Below, in pieces: positions 22,409 to 31,857 of a stretch of DNA of 64,000 bases; positions within the stretch are counted from its first letter, which is position 1; each line of letters starts with the position of its first letter. Below the pieces are notes generated by a model. That model was not told where the DNA came from and did no database searches. It saw nothing but the letters and a program-made list of their open reading frames with translations. The translations under genes and the position numbers were made by a program. This stretch comes from Thermodesulfobacteriota bacterium. GTDB taxonomy: Bacteria; Desulfobacterota_D; UBA1144; Nemesobacterales; Mycalebacteriaceae. The stretch lies in the NCBI GenBank assembly GCA_965226585.1, contig OZ245366.1, forward strand, positions 192,001 to 256,000, in the 5' to 3' direction.

Positions 22409-23302
22409 CTACTCTATACCAAGTTGCTTTCTCATTTTCACATCAGACAGACGGTTTCTTTTCCAGTAGTCGGAAAGCAGGGTTTTCTTTATCCGCGCCA
22501 CACTTTCCACCCTTGGCGCTCCGGCTCCCCATCCGCTTTGATACTCTTCGCGCCACGAGACGATTTTATGCGGGAAAGCGGTCTCAAAATCCATCTCAAA
22601 CACCCTTTCCGTGTCGGGAAAGTAGAGCGAGTATCTCGTAACGCCCTTTTTCGGGGTTGAGATTTTAGCGTCCGCCTCCTCAACACCCAGTCTTGTGTGG
22701 AGAAGCCGCGTTATCAGAAGCCCCGGAACCACCTTTATCCTTCCGGTTGGCAGGGAAGCGGGGTTGATGCGGGCGCGCGTCCATATCTCGTCTTCAAGAA
22801 ATGCCCCCGGAATCTTGAAATTTCTGTCGCCGTCGCTCTCAAAGTATGAATAAGTTCGCGCCCGGTAGCGGTTTCCCTTGAGGTTCAACTGCGCGAAAAC
22901 GTTTCCGCACCACTCCTGGGACGAAAGTGTGGCTTTCAAAGTGCGCGGGTCTTTCCCCTCAACAGGTGTGAAAACAGATGACATCGTTGAATACCTGTAA
23001 ACGCCCGTGTTGAACTTTTTGACAAGGTTGAGTTTGAGAACCCTGACGGCATCGCCGCCCGCAGAGGAGGGATTGTCCAGCTTCACGTGTTTTGACCGCG
23101 AAAAATCTTCGGTAACAAATATCAGAACCGCATAGCCGGGATGTTTTTCGCCGTAGCGCGCTTGAGAAAGGCCGTAACTGGTTATCTCCGCCTTTCCCGC
23201 GTACCAGTATTTCTCAAACTCCCCGCCTTCCGCAGATTTGGCGGACGCAGACACGGACAAGGCAAACAACAGAACAAACAGAAACCGGGCGGTGATGAGC
23301 AT
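22409..23302 (-). CDS. Conserved exported protein of unknown function
   Basis: Signal peptide (ASA), YWYAGKAEITSY, FVTEDF, SSQEWCG, YFESDGD; long clean ORF. Confidence 0.75.
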   Translation of the reverse strand: MLITARFLFVLLFALSVSASAKSAEGGEFEKYWYAGKAEITSYGLSQARYGEKHPGYAVLIFVTEDFSRSKHVKLDNPSSAGGDAVRVLKLNLVKKFNTGVYRYSTMSSVFTPVEGKDPRTLKATLSSQEWCGNVFAQLNLKGNRYRARTYSYFESDGDRNFKIPGAFLEDEIWTRARINPASLPTGRIKVVPGLLITRLLHTRLGVEEADAKISTPKKGVTRYSLYFPDTERVFEMDFETAFPHKIVSWREEYQSGWGAGAPRVESVARIKKTLLSDYWKRNRLSDVKMRKQLGIE

Positions 23303-23398
23303 AACGCTTTTATGATAACGAACATTTCTTGAAATTTCGCCGCCGTGTTGGTATATTGCCGTCTCTCAGAAAAGAGAGAGGGTGAGGTTACAGAAAAG

Positions 23399-23560
23399 AT
23401 GGGAAAACAGGGAAACAGGTTTATGGTGAAGATAAAAAGCACCGAAAGCCACCACATCTACTACACCGAGAAGAACAGGGTGAACACCGAAGACCGCCTT
23501 GAACTCAAAAAGTTCGACCCGGTTGTGAGAAAGCACGTTCTCTACAAGGAGACCAAGTAA
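23399..23560 (+). CDS. rpmG: 50S ribosomal protein L33 (Cys-less form)
   Basis: YYTEKNR...[21 protein letters not shown]. Confidence 0.95.
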   Translation: MGKQGNRFMVKIKSTESHHIYYTEKNRVNTEDRLELKKFDPVVRKHVLYKETK

Positions 23561-23802
23561 TGGCGCGAAAATGCTCAATCACCGGCAAAAAGCCGCTTGC
23601 GGGAAACAGAGTTTCGCACGCGAACAACAAAGTCCGCCGCCGCCAACTGCCGAACCTTCAAACCAAAAGAATATTTGTTCCCGAACTGGACAAGTTCGTG
23701 AAAATCAAACTGTCCGTCCGCGCGCTGCGCACGGTTGACAAAAAAGGGCTTCTCCCGTTTCTGAAAAGCGAAGGGCTCACACTCTCAGACGTTACAAGAT
23801 AA
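23560..23802 (+). CDS. rpmB: 50S ribosomal protein L28
   Basis: [10 protein letters not shown]...GNRVSHANNK...PNLQ; TAATG overlap with rpmG. Confidence 0.96.
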   Translation: MARKCSITGKKPLAGNRVSHANNKVRRRQLPNLQTKRIFVPELDKFVKIKLSVRALRTVDKKGLLPFLKSEGLTLSDVTR

Positions 23803-23805
23803 GGG

Positions 23806-24717
23806 CTATCCCGTTACATACAGGATCAGGGTCGGCAGAACGAGAAACGATGCCGCCGTTCCAACCGCTATAACAGACGCCACCTTTTCGGGGTCGGCAT
23901 TGTATTTCTCCGCGAGCACAAGGCAGGTTACCGCAGTCGGCATCGCGCACTGGATAATCATCACCTTTGAGGCGAGAGGGGTAACGCTGAAAAACGGCAT
24001 TACGGCAAGCGCGGTGAAAAACCCGAGCGCGATGCGCGAAAGCCCGAAAAGAGATGAAGACCAAAAGCCGGAAATAGAACACTGCGAAAGCCGGTAGCCG
24101 AGAATAAACATCATCCCCGGAACCGCTATCTCTCCCAGCAGTCCTACGCTTCTGGAAAGGTAGAGCGGCATCTCCCAGCCGCTGAAATTTATCCACATCC
24201 CTCCCACGGCGGAGTATATGAGGGGCAGTTTGAAAATCTCATACACAGCCCCCTTCGGACTCACAAGGGCAACCCCCGCCGTGTAGTGAAGAAAAGCCAT
24301 CGCCACCATGCACACAACGGCAATTTGAAAGCCCTCCTGACCGAAGGCGAACAGAATAAGCGGCAGTCCCATGTTGCCGTTGTTGGCAAAAATTATTGTC
24401 GGCAGATAAACGGGGCGGGAAAGTTTGAGAACCTTTGTCATAAACATCCCCGCAAGGAAACAGACGGCGGAAACGCAGAAGAAAAACCCGAATATGCGGG
24501 CGACAAAAGGAAAATCCAGCCCCGGAGACGCAAAGGAAGAAAGTATCAGGCACGGGGCGGCAACGTAGAGAACAAGGTCGTTAACCGGGGCAACATCAAT
24601 CCGCTTGAGTTTGCCGAAAACAAAGCCCGCCGCCACAATGATAAAAACGGGCAGAACGATATGGGCAATTCCCGCGTCCGCTATCTCAAACCTGAGCGGG
24701 AAATGAAAATCGGGCAT
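23806..24717 (-). CDS. AEC family (auxin efflux carrier-like) transporter
   Basis: About 10 TM segments, PCLI, NNGNMGLP, AMPTAV. Confidence 0.88.
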   Translation of the reverse strand: MPDFHFPLRFEIADAGIAHIVLPVFIIVAAGFVFGKLKRIDVAPVNDLVLYVAAPCLILSSFASPGLDFPFVARIFGFFFCVSAVCFLAGMFMTKVLKLSRPVYLPTIIFANNGNMGLPLILFAFGQEGFQIAVVCMVAMAFLHYTAGVALVSPKGAVYEIFKLPLIYSAVGGMWINFSGWEMPLYLSRSVGLLGEIAVPGMMFILGYRLSQCSISGFWSSSLFGLSRIALGFFTALAVMPFFSVTPLASKVMIIQCAMPTAVTCLVLAEKYNADPEKVASVIAVGTAASFLVLPTLILYVTG

Positions 24718-25694
24718 TACAACCTCACTACGCACGAACCCCAGGTAAATCCGGCTCCGAACGCGGCAAGAAGAAGCGTGCTTCCCTCAGACACCCTGCC
24801 CTCTTTTATCGCTTCATGCAGGGCAATGGGTATGGAGGCGGACGAGGTGTTGCCGTAGCGGTCAAGATTTACCGACACTTTTTCTTCCGGCATGTCCATT
24901 CTTTTTCTAATCGCCTCTATGATTCTCAAGTTCGCCTGATGGGGAATGAAAAGGTCTACGTCTGAGGGTTTTACGCCCGCGAGTTCCATCGCTTTGTCTG
25001 AAGCCGTTTCCATCGCTTTGACGGCAACTTTGAAAACTTCGTTGCCTTCCATTTTGAGAAAATGCTCGCGGTTTTTCACGCTCTGCTCGCTTGCGGGAAT
25101 GCGCGAGCCGCCGCCCGGCATGTAGAGCAGATTCCAGTTGTCTCCGTCCGAACACATGAGGGATGAGAGTATTCCGGGAGTGTCTGATTTCCGGAGAACC
25201 GCCGCCCCTGAGCCGTCTCCGAAAAGAACGCAGGTTGACCTGTCTTCGTAGTCCACAACTTTTGACAGGGATTCGGCTCCAACGGCGAGCACTGTTTCCG
25301 CCCTGCCGCAATCTATCATGTCTCTTCCTATGTGAAGGGCGTAGAGAAAGCCCGAACAGCCCGCGAGAATATCAAATGAGTAGGCGTTTTTCGCTTTTAG
25401 TTTGCTCTGTATGATGCATCCGGTTGAGGGGAAAAGGTAGTCCGGGGTAACGGTGGCAACCACAATAACGTCTATTTCCGAAGGGGAAACATTCGCGGCG
25501 GCAAGCGCGCTTTCGGAGGCGGCAAGAGCCATGTCGGAAGACGCCTCGTTTCCCGCCGCGATTCTTCTTTCCCTTATCCCCGTTCTTGTGGATATCCACT
25601 CGTCCGAGGTGTCAACTATTTTTTCAAGGTCGTGATTGGAGAGAACTTTTTCCGGGGCGTAAGATCCTATTCCCGCAATTCTTACGAAACTCAT
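24717..25694 (-). CDS. fabH: Beta-ketoacyl-ACP synthase III
   Basis: DTSDEWISTRTGIRERR, AGCSGF, PHQANLRI, YGNTSSAS, FGAGFTWG. Alternative start at 25703. Confidence 0.96.
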   Translation of the reverse strand: MSFVRIAGIGSYAPEKVLSNHDLEKIVDTSDEWISTRTGIRERRIAAGNEASSDMALAASESALAAANVSPSEIDVIVVATVTPDYLFPSTGCIIQSKLKAKNAYSFDILAGCSGFLYALHIGRDMIDCGRAETVLAVGAESLSKVVDYEDRSTCVLFGDGSGAAVLRKSDTPGILSSLMCSDGDNWNLLYMPGGGSRIPASEQSVKNREHFLKMEGNEVFKVAVKAMETASDKAMELAGVKPSDVDLFIPHQANLRIIEAIRKRMDMPEEKVSVNLDRYGNTSSASIPIALHEAIKEGRVSEGSTLLLAAFGAGFTWGSCVVRL

Positions 25695-25701
25695 CTTCGC
25701 C

Positions 25702-25730
25702 ATTATTATTTCAAAAAATGGCTATGTCAA
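25702..25730 (-). promoter_or_regulatory. Sigma-70-type promoter for fabH
   Basis: TTGACA-17 bp-AATAAT, 7 nt upstream of the ATG at 25694. Confidence 0.5.
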
Positions 25731-25816
25731 ACTGTTTGTTGAAAGAGGGAAAGTTGTGATACACTTCCGCCCGTGCAAATGCGTAACTCGCGCGACCGCA
25801 CGACCGCAGGATTTTT

Positions 25817-28756
25817 ATGAACTACTCACCGGGAAAAGTTTTTCAATCGTTTGCCGTGTTTATGCTTGTTGCGGCTTTCGCCCTCTCCTCGCAGGGGCAG
25901 GAGCCCGAAGAGGTTGTTACAATCGGTTCGCGGTTCGGCATAACGGAAGCCGAAAGCGCAGTGCCTGTTGAGGTTATAACCCGCGAGGAACTGATGCGGA
26001 GCGGGGCGACCGAACTGAAAAGGATTGTGGAGAACATCCTGCCTTCGTTCACTCTGGAAAAAAACACCATATCAGACGCGACAGACGCTTACGCAACCGC
26101 CCAAATGCGCGGACTTGGGCCCGACCAGATACTTGTGCTTGTCAACGGAAAGCGGCGCCACCAGTATCCGGTTCCGTCTTTTCTGAGCCCCATTGGCGCG
26201 GGCGCGACCGGAACGGACTTGAGCGCGATACCGGTTGGCGCGGTGGAGCGGATTGAAATTCTGGGTCCCGGCGCGGCGGCGCAATACGGCTCAGACGCCA
26301 TTGCGGGTGTCATAAACATTGTTCTGAAAAACAACCACGAAGGCGTGCACACGCAAACGGAAGTGGGGCAGACATACGAAGGAGACGGCGAGACGGTTTT
26401 AACTTCTTTGAACATGGGCTTTGGAGATGAGAAAGGTTTTGTGAATCTTACGCTTGAATACCGCGAGCGCGGCGAAACAAACCGCTCGGGACCTTTCAAC
26501 CTTTTCGGAGAAAACATGGCATTCACCACAACCGGGGACGGGGTTAAAGGAGTTGTTGACGGAACCGCAATCAGGCCCGCAACGGCGGCGGAACGGCAAG
26601 ATTCAACCCCTTTCATCGTGGCGGATGAAGACGGCAACTTCGCGCTTACCACCGACACCGCAATAACAAGCTCAACGGTATTCTCGAACCAGCAGACGGG
26701 TTTTGACGCAACCACCGCAGAATACCAGCTCTCCTTTCCTCTCTCTGAAAAAGTTTTTCAGGATGAAGTTTACTACCGCGGACTGAGACAGGGCATTGTG
26801 CGCCAGAGAATCGGACAGGTTGAAGCGGAAGACTACTCTCTGTGGCTGAACTCCAGAAAACGCCTGGGACCCGGAGCGATTTACGCCTTCGGCGGCTACA
26901 ACCGCCGCAAAACGGACTCGGCCGGATTTTACCGCCCTCTTGCGGAGTTGAACGGACGGACGGTTCCCGAAATCTACGGAGAGGGGCACCTTCCGAACAT
27001 CGTTCTGCGTGTTCAGGACTTCGGAATCACGGCGGGATATGATTTTGCCGCCGCCGGTATAGATTGGGATTTGAGCTATAGTTTCGGCGGAAGCAGAATC
27101 GCGCACCGCGAAAGAAACACGGTGAACATCAGTTACTACTACGAGCCCATACCGGGCAGTGACGGAACCCTGCCCGCGGCTTGCTCAGAGACACTCGGCA
27201 GTCAGGCATACAGAAACGGTTGCGACCTTTACCGCAGTTCACAAAGGGAGTTTGACACCGGAACATTGGGGCTTACTCAGCATTCCGTCAATCTGGACGC
27301 GACAGTGCCGATTGACTGGGGAGTGGGCACATCTCCGCTCAACTTTGCGTTCGGAACGGAGTGGAGAATAGAGCAGTTTGAAATAAAAGCGGGAGACGCG
27401 GCTTCGTATCAGTACGGGCGGGGCAACGACGGCGACATTGAGATAGGAAACTACTTCTGCACCATAGACGACCCTCTCATTCCGGGAGGCATACACCCAA
27501 ATTGCGGCAACGCCGCTTCGGGAAGTCAGGGTTTTCCGGGTTATCAGGACAGGGATGAGATTGAAGACTCAAGGAACGTCTGGGCGTTATACGTGCAAGG
27601 TGAAACGGACTTCATAGAAGCCCTTCACACCGAAATTTCGGGGCGTTACGAGTGGTATTCCGATTTTGGAAGCACAATCAACGGAAAACTGTCGGCGCGC
27701 TACGATGTTATTGCAGACATGTTTTCGCTTCGCGGCAACATCGCCACCGGTTTCCGCGCACCGGGCATTCAGCAACTTTTCTTTCAGCACATAACAACAG
27801 ACCTTGTGGACGGAGTGCTTACAGACACACAAACCGTATTGCCGGACGGACCGGCGGCAAGAGCGCTGGGCTTCAAAGATTTGGAGGAGGAAACCTCCAT
27901 CACCTACGGAATCGGCTTTGCCTCGCGCCCTTTCGGGGGTTTGAGCCTTACGTTTGACGCTTACAGAATAGACATTGACGACCGCATCATCTACTCAAAC
28001 AACCTGTCTCGCGGCGCCATAGATAAACTGGCAAACCCCGGCGAAGACGACCCAACACCGCCCCCGGCAACGATGGCGCAGGCGGCGGCGGCTCTTGTTG
28101 AAATTGATAAACTTGCCGGCTCCCCGCAGACTTTCCGGCTCTTCACAAATGGAATTAACACCGAAACATACGGTCTGGACTTCACGGCGAGATACCACTT
28201 TTTAATCGGCGAAGACTTTTTTGTGAACCTTGGCGCGCTGTTTCACCTCAACAACACGAAAGTAACAAAGCGGCGCGCCGTGTCGTCTCTTTTCAGCGGA
28301 GACACCCTTATCACAGACCATCAAGTGCGTTCCCTTGAAAAAGGCGCGCCGCGCCAGCGTCTCACTCTTTCAACCGATTTCAAAAAAGGCGCGTTCGCCC
28401 TCACCCTGCGCTCCAACTACTACGGGCCTGTTGAGGCAAGTTACTGGACGGATGTTTTCTCAGGCGGCGCGTGCAGCGGGGAGAACGCGGACGGCTGCAC
28501 ACAGAAGTTCGGAGGAAACTGGTTCTTTGACGCAGAAGTCAGCGCGGAAGTGCGCAAGGGCGTAACCTTCTCAATCGGGGCGTTAAACCTGTTTGACCAG
28601 TACCCTGACAAACTGAGTTCAAATCTTTCCTTCGCGGGCGCGCAGGGCGCGGCGCAAACCCTTATAAACAGAGGATTTGTACACGGCTGGGAATCGTCAA
28701 GGGCTTACCCCACAGACGGCGGCTACTACTACGTGCGTCTCACTACCGACCTGTAA
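25817..28756 (+). CDS. TonB-dependent receptor
   Basis: Signal peptide, TonB-box-like EEVVTIGSR, plug motifs RGLGPDQILVLVNGKR and YGSDAIAGVINIVLK, C-terminal NLFDQYP...YYYVRL. Confidence 0.94.
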   Translation: MNYSPGKVFQSFAVFMLVAAFALSSQGQEPEEVVTIGSRFGITEAESAVPVEVITREELMRSGATELKRIVENILPSFTLEKNTISDATDAYATAQMRGLGPDQILVLVNGKRRHQYPVPSFLSPIGAGATGTDLSAIPVGAVERIEILGPGAAAQYGSDAIAGVINIVLKNNHEGVHTQTEVGQTYEGDGETVLTSLNMGFGDEKGFVNLTLEYRERGETNRSGPFNLFGENMAFTTTGDGVKGVVDGTAIRPATAAERQDSTPFIVADEDGNFALTTDTAITSSTVFSNQQTGFDATTAEYQLSFPLSEKVFQDEVYYRGLRQGIVRQRIGQVEAEDYSLWLNSRKRLGPGAIYAFGGYNRRKTDSAGFYRPLAELNGRTVPEIYGEGHLPNIVLRVQDFGITAGYDFAAAGIDWDLSYSFGGSRIAHRERNTVNISYYYEPIPGSDGTLPAACSETLGSQAYRNGCDLYRSSQREFDTGTLGLTQHSVNLDATVPIDWGVGTSPLNFAFGTEWRIEQFEIKAGDAASYQYGRGNDGDIEIGNYFCTIDDPLIPGGIHPNCGNAASGSQGFPGYQDRDEIEDSRNVWALYVQGETDFIEALHTEISGRYEWYSDFGSTINGKLSARYDVIADMFSLRGNIATGFRAPGIQQLFFQHITTDLVDGVLTDTQTVLPDGPAARALGFKDLEEETSITYGIGFASRPFGGLSLTFDAYRIDIDDRIIYSNNLSRGAIDKLANPGEDDPTPPPATMAQAAAALVEIDKLAGSPQTFRLFTNGINTETYGLDFTARYHFLIGEDFFVNLGALFHLNNTKVTKRRAVSSLFSGDTLITDHQVRSLEKGAPRQRLTLSTDFKKGAFALTLRSNYYGPVEASYWTDVFSGGACSGENADGCTQKFGGNWFFDAEVSAEVRKGVTFSIGALNLFDQYPDKLSSNLSFAGAQGAAQTLINRGFVHGWESSRAYPTDGGYYYVRLTTDL

Positions 28757-29204
28757 TCTCTGCGGCACTGCGGCGGCTTTTATCCAGAGCCGCTTTTTCT
28801 TCTGCTGAGAATTCACCCTCAAATCCCGCCACCGCGCCGCCTGATGAGTCAAGAAACCAAACCTCCACATCAGAGAATTTGGAGAAACTGTCCAGCAGTT
28901 GCGTGTCTTTTTCCGAATCAAGGGAGAAAAAATACTCGTATCTGAATTTTCCCGCATCTGTCTCAACATGTATAACGGCGCAGACGGAGGGAAACTCGTC
29001 TCCGTCAATATGCTCAAAATGGAAACGTATGGACGGTTGAAAATCTCCGGAGCGCAAAGTTGCGAGGGCTCCGTCTTTAACGGCAAACACGGCGCGGCTG
29101 TTTCCGGGGAGCGCGAAACACCCCGAATCCACAACAGAAAGCGCCATTTCCGTCTCGGCGTCAATCTCCGGGGCGGAAGGCAAACGGCTTGCTTTGAAAT
29201 TCAC
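28743..29204 (-). CDS. Hypothetical protein
   Basis: 153-aa ORF filling the gap between two + strand genes; TATAAT 6 nt before its GTG. Confidence 0.6.
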   Translation of the reverse strand: MNFKASRLPSAPEIDAETEMALSVVDSGCFALPGNSRAVFAVKDGALATLRSGDFQPSIRFHFEHIDGDEFPSVCAVIHVETDAGKFRYEYFFSLDSEKDTQLLDSFSKFSDVEVWFLDSSGGAVAGFEGEFSAEEKAALDKSRRSAAEITGR

Positions 29205-29256
29205 GATTCAATTATAATGGCAAAGGCGTGTTTCCTAAAAAAGGGGGAGAACCGGA

Positions 29257-30432
29257 ATGAAATTTCACACAAAATTTGCTCTTTGGATTTTCGCGGCGGC
29301 GGTTGGGTTTGGCATAAACTTTGCCGCCCCGGTTGCGAAGGCGGAATTTTTCAGCCTCAGCAGTGAGAGAGACGGCATTTATATCGGCGCGGATTTGGGA
29401 ATTGCGATACAGAAAGATATAGACCTGCTTGGAAGGGATAACGACTTGCCGACACAGTGCGACCAGTTACTGAGGGCACGGTCGCCGCTTGTTGAAACTG
29501 ACGCTCCCGCCGTTACAGACCCGGAAGACACCAATTACGTCGAGGATGTCAGCGCCAACTACTTTGCGGACATCACGGCAACTTCCATTGCTGAGGGCGG
29601 TGAGTGTGCAAGGGGAGACAAATGGGATAACGAAAACTCTTTGAAACCGGGGATTTTTGCCGGTTTGCATTTTGGATACGCGTTTGGAAACTTCCGCGCC
29701 GAGGGTGAATACAGCTACCGCAACAACAGTTATGACAGCCACACCGACACAGTGCTCCCCAGAAAACGTGAGGAACTGGTTGAGGCAAACCAGAAAGTCA
29801 GCATTTCAAGCCACAGCGCGTTTGTGAACTTTTACTTTGACTTTGTGAACGATTCCCGCCTCACGCCGTATTTGGGAGCGGGCGCGGGATTTGCGCAAAT
29901 GAATATGCTTTACGACGCCGTTTTCACCAGAAACACCGACCCCGCGGCATTGCCGGACTTTGACGAGCACGGCGACAGTACGCCCGATGCCGCAACCTCT
30001 ACCTCAAGCCATGGCAGAAAATGGGTGGACGACACCGTTTTCGGGTGGCAGGTTATCAGCGGCACGGACTACATGATAGACAACAACTGGAGTCTGGGTC
30101 TGAAACTCCGCTATCAGAATTTCGGAGAGTTTGAAAGCGGCGGACATCTCTGGGACCAGCTGCGTTCTCACGAATCCAAAAATGCGGAAACCGCAGAGGA
30201 ACAGCCGCTGGGAGGAGACTCTTCAACGGACACCACCCCCCCGACATATCCAAATCTGGATAACGCGCAGACAGTCGCGGATATAAGAAATGGACCTGAT
30301 GGTGCTCCCGGCGGAGGGGATGACATTACCTTTGACCCTTACGTCAGATACACAGTCAGTGTGCCTGATACGGTTGTCTGGTCTGGGGCGTTGAACCTCA
30401 AATACAGGTTCGGCGGCGGAAGCGGCAATTAA
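29257..30432 (+). CDS. Outer-membrane beta-barrel protein (OmpA/Opa/Msp2-like) with large loop insertions
   Basis: Signal peptide (AKA), GIYIGADLG, FRAEGEYSYR, TPYLGAGAG, terminal LKYRF. Confidence 0.82.
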   Translation: MKFHTKFALWIFAAAVGFGINFAAPVAKAEFFSLSSERDGIYIGADLGIAIQKDIDLLGRDNDLPTQCDQLLRARSPLVETDAPAVTDPEDTNYVEDVSANYFADITATSIAEGGECARGDKWDNENSLKPGIFAGLHFGYAFGNFRAEGEYSYRNNSYDSHTDTVLPRKREELVEANQKVSISSHSAFVNFYFDFVNDSRLTPYLGAGAGFAQMNMLYDAVFTRNTDPAALPDFDEHGDSTPDAATSTSSHGRKWVDDTVFGWQVISGTDYMIDNNWSLGLKLRYQNFGEFESGGHLWDQLRSHESKNAETAEEQPLGGDSSTDTTPPTYPNLDNAQTVADIRNGPDGAPGGGDDITFDPYVRYTVSVPDTVVWSGALNLKYRFGGGSGN

Positions 30433-30438
30433 ATAAAG

Positions 30439-30468
30439 TTGACTGATTTCCCTATCCCGTTGTATGAT
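30439..30468 (+). promoter_or_regulatory. Sigma-70-type promoter for a small membrane protein
   Basis: TTGACT-18 bp-TATGAT. Confidence 0.5.
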
Positions 30469-30477
30469 TAGGGAACA

Positions 30478-30666
30478 ATGGAAGGCAATACCTTACTAAT
30501 AGCCATTTTGGTTGTGGCTCTTGTTGTTGTGCTTTACGTCCTTAAGGGCAAAGGCGGCGCGGGCGGCGGTTCCGATTCCGGTTCTTCAGACTCGGACGCT
30601 CCCACTCCCCCCGAAGACAAAAGCACAGGCAGTGAGCAGGACGCGTTTCGCAGTCCTAATTCCTGA
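30478..30666 (+). CDS. Small single-pass membrane protein with a Gly/Ser/Asp-rich tail
   Basis: LLIAILVVALVVVLYVLK TM helix; own promoter directly upstream. Confidence 0.6.
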   Translation: MEGNTLLIAILVVALVVVLYVLKGKGGAGGGSDSGSSDSDAPTPPEDKSTGSEQDAFRSPNS

Positions 30667-30769
30667 ACGGAACGCGCAAGCAAATCCGCACACAGGAAAA
30701 AACAACACGCAAAAGGTGTAACGCTCCCGCACGGAGCCGCGCCTTATGTTTTTTTGCGGAATTTTCCCG

Positions 30770-31795
30770 CTACTTGAAAAGCGGTATCACCTTCTCGCCA
30801 AAAAGTTTTATACAGTCTGAAGTCTCCCCGCCCGGCGCTTGAGGAAACACCATCCGGCAGGCGATGTTCCTGATGCCAACCTCATCGCGGTATTTTTCAA
30901 TCTCACCGGCGCAATGCTCCGGAGTTCCGATAATAAAGCGGTCTTCCGCCATATGCTCAAAAAGCGGGTCGTCCGCGCCCTTCACCTGCTCGCCCCTTAT
31001 AAATATCTTTATGCCAAGCGACAGGTAGAACTTGTACATGTTGATGATGTATTTCTCCCCGCCTTCAAGCGCGCCCTCTTTGCCTTCGCTCACAAAGGTT
31101 TCCCTGAGAAGCACATGCTCCACTTTTTGCGGGTCATGCCCCGCTTTTTCAGAGGAGTCGTTATACCAGCCGAGTGTGTCGCGTATCATTTCAAGCGTGC
31201 GTCCGGGCCCGATTAAAAGCGGATATCCGAGCCGTCCCGCCCTTCTGACCGCGGGCTCCTCAAACGCTCCGATATACAGGGGGATATGCGGCTTCTGAAC
31301 CGGCTTTGGCGTAACGTCTATGTTTTCAAACTCAAACCTTTTGCCCTTGTATGAAAACTGCCCGTCTGCCCAGGATTTGAGCAGAATGTCTATCCCCTCT
31401 TCGATGAGTGACGGGCGGTTTTTGATTGACAGACCGAAGCCGTCAAACTCTTCTTTGCGGTATCCGATGGCGATTCCGAGGTCAAATCTGCCGCCGGATA
31501 TGTTGTCTATCACGGCGGAGTCTTCGGCAACTCGCGCGGGGTTGTGAAGAGGCAGAATAAGGGCGGCGGTTCCGATGCGTATTTTCTTTGTTGCCGCCGC
31601 CATTGCCGCCGCCATCACCAGAGGCGAGGGGCAGTAGCCGTCTTCAAGAAAGTGGTGTTCCGACAGCCAGACGGAATCAAACCCTGATTCTTCCGCAAGT
31701 TGTGTCTGTTCAAGCGCGGCGCGGTAGAGGGCGCGGTGGTCTGCCTTCACATCCGCGTGTGTTTGCATACTGAAAAGCCCGACTCCAAACTTCAT
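30770..31795 (-). CDS. LLM-class (luciferase-like) flavin/F420-dependent oxidoreductase
   Basis: GFDSVWLSEHH, IRIGTAALILPLHNP, DNISGGRFDLGIAIGY, PKPVQKP. Confidence 0.92.
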   Translation of the reverse strand: MKFGVGLFSMQTHADVKADHRALYRAALEQTQLAEESGFDSVWLSEHHFLEDGYCPSPLVMAAAMAAATKKIRIGTAALILPLHNPARVAEDSAVIDNISGGRFDLGIAIGYRKEEFDGFGLSIKNRPSLIEEGIDILLKSWADGQFSYKGKRFEFENIDVTPKPVQKPHIPLYIGAFEEPAVRRAGRLGYPLLIGPGRTLEMIRDTLGWYNDSSEKAGHDPQKVEHVLLRETFVSEGKEGALEGGEKYIINMYKFYLSLGIKIFIRGEQVKGADDPLFEHMAEDRFIIGTPEHCAGEIEKYRDEVGIRNIACRMVFPQAPGGETSDCIKLFGEKVIPLFK

Positions 31796-31857
31796 TTTGA
31801 CCTCCCGTGCGATTTGCTGATAGATTATACTCACAACTTAAAGGCAAGGGGAAAAGC

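Noticed and set aside
23305..23335. Zur/Fur-like box upstream of rpmG (TGATAACGAACATTTC)
   Set aside because: Poor dyad symmetry; equally explained by divergent promoter sequence.
25735..25816. Riboswitch (cobalamin/TPP) ahead of the TonB-dependent receptor
   Set aside because: The intergenic space is too short and has none of the conserved aptamer motifs.
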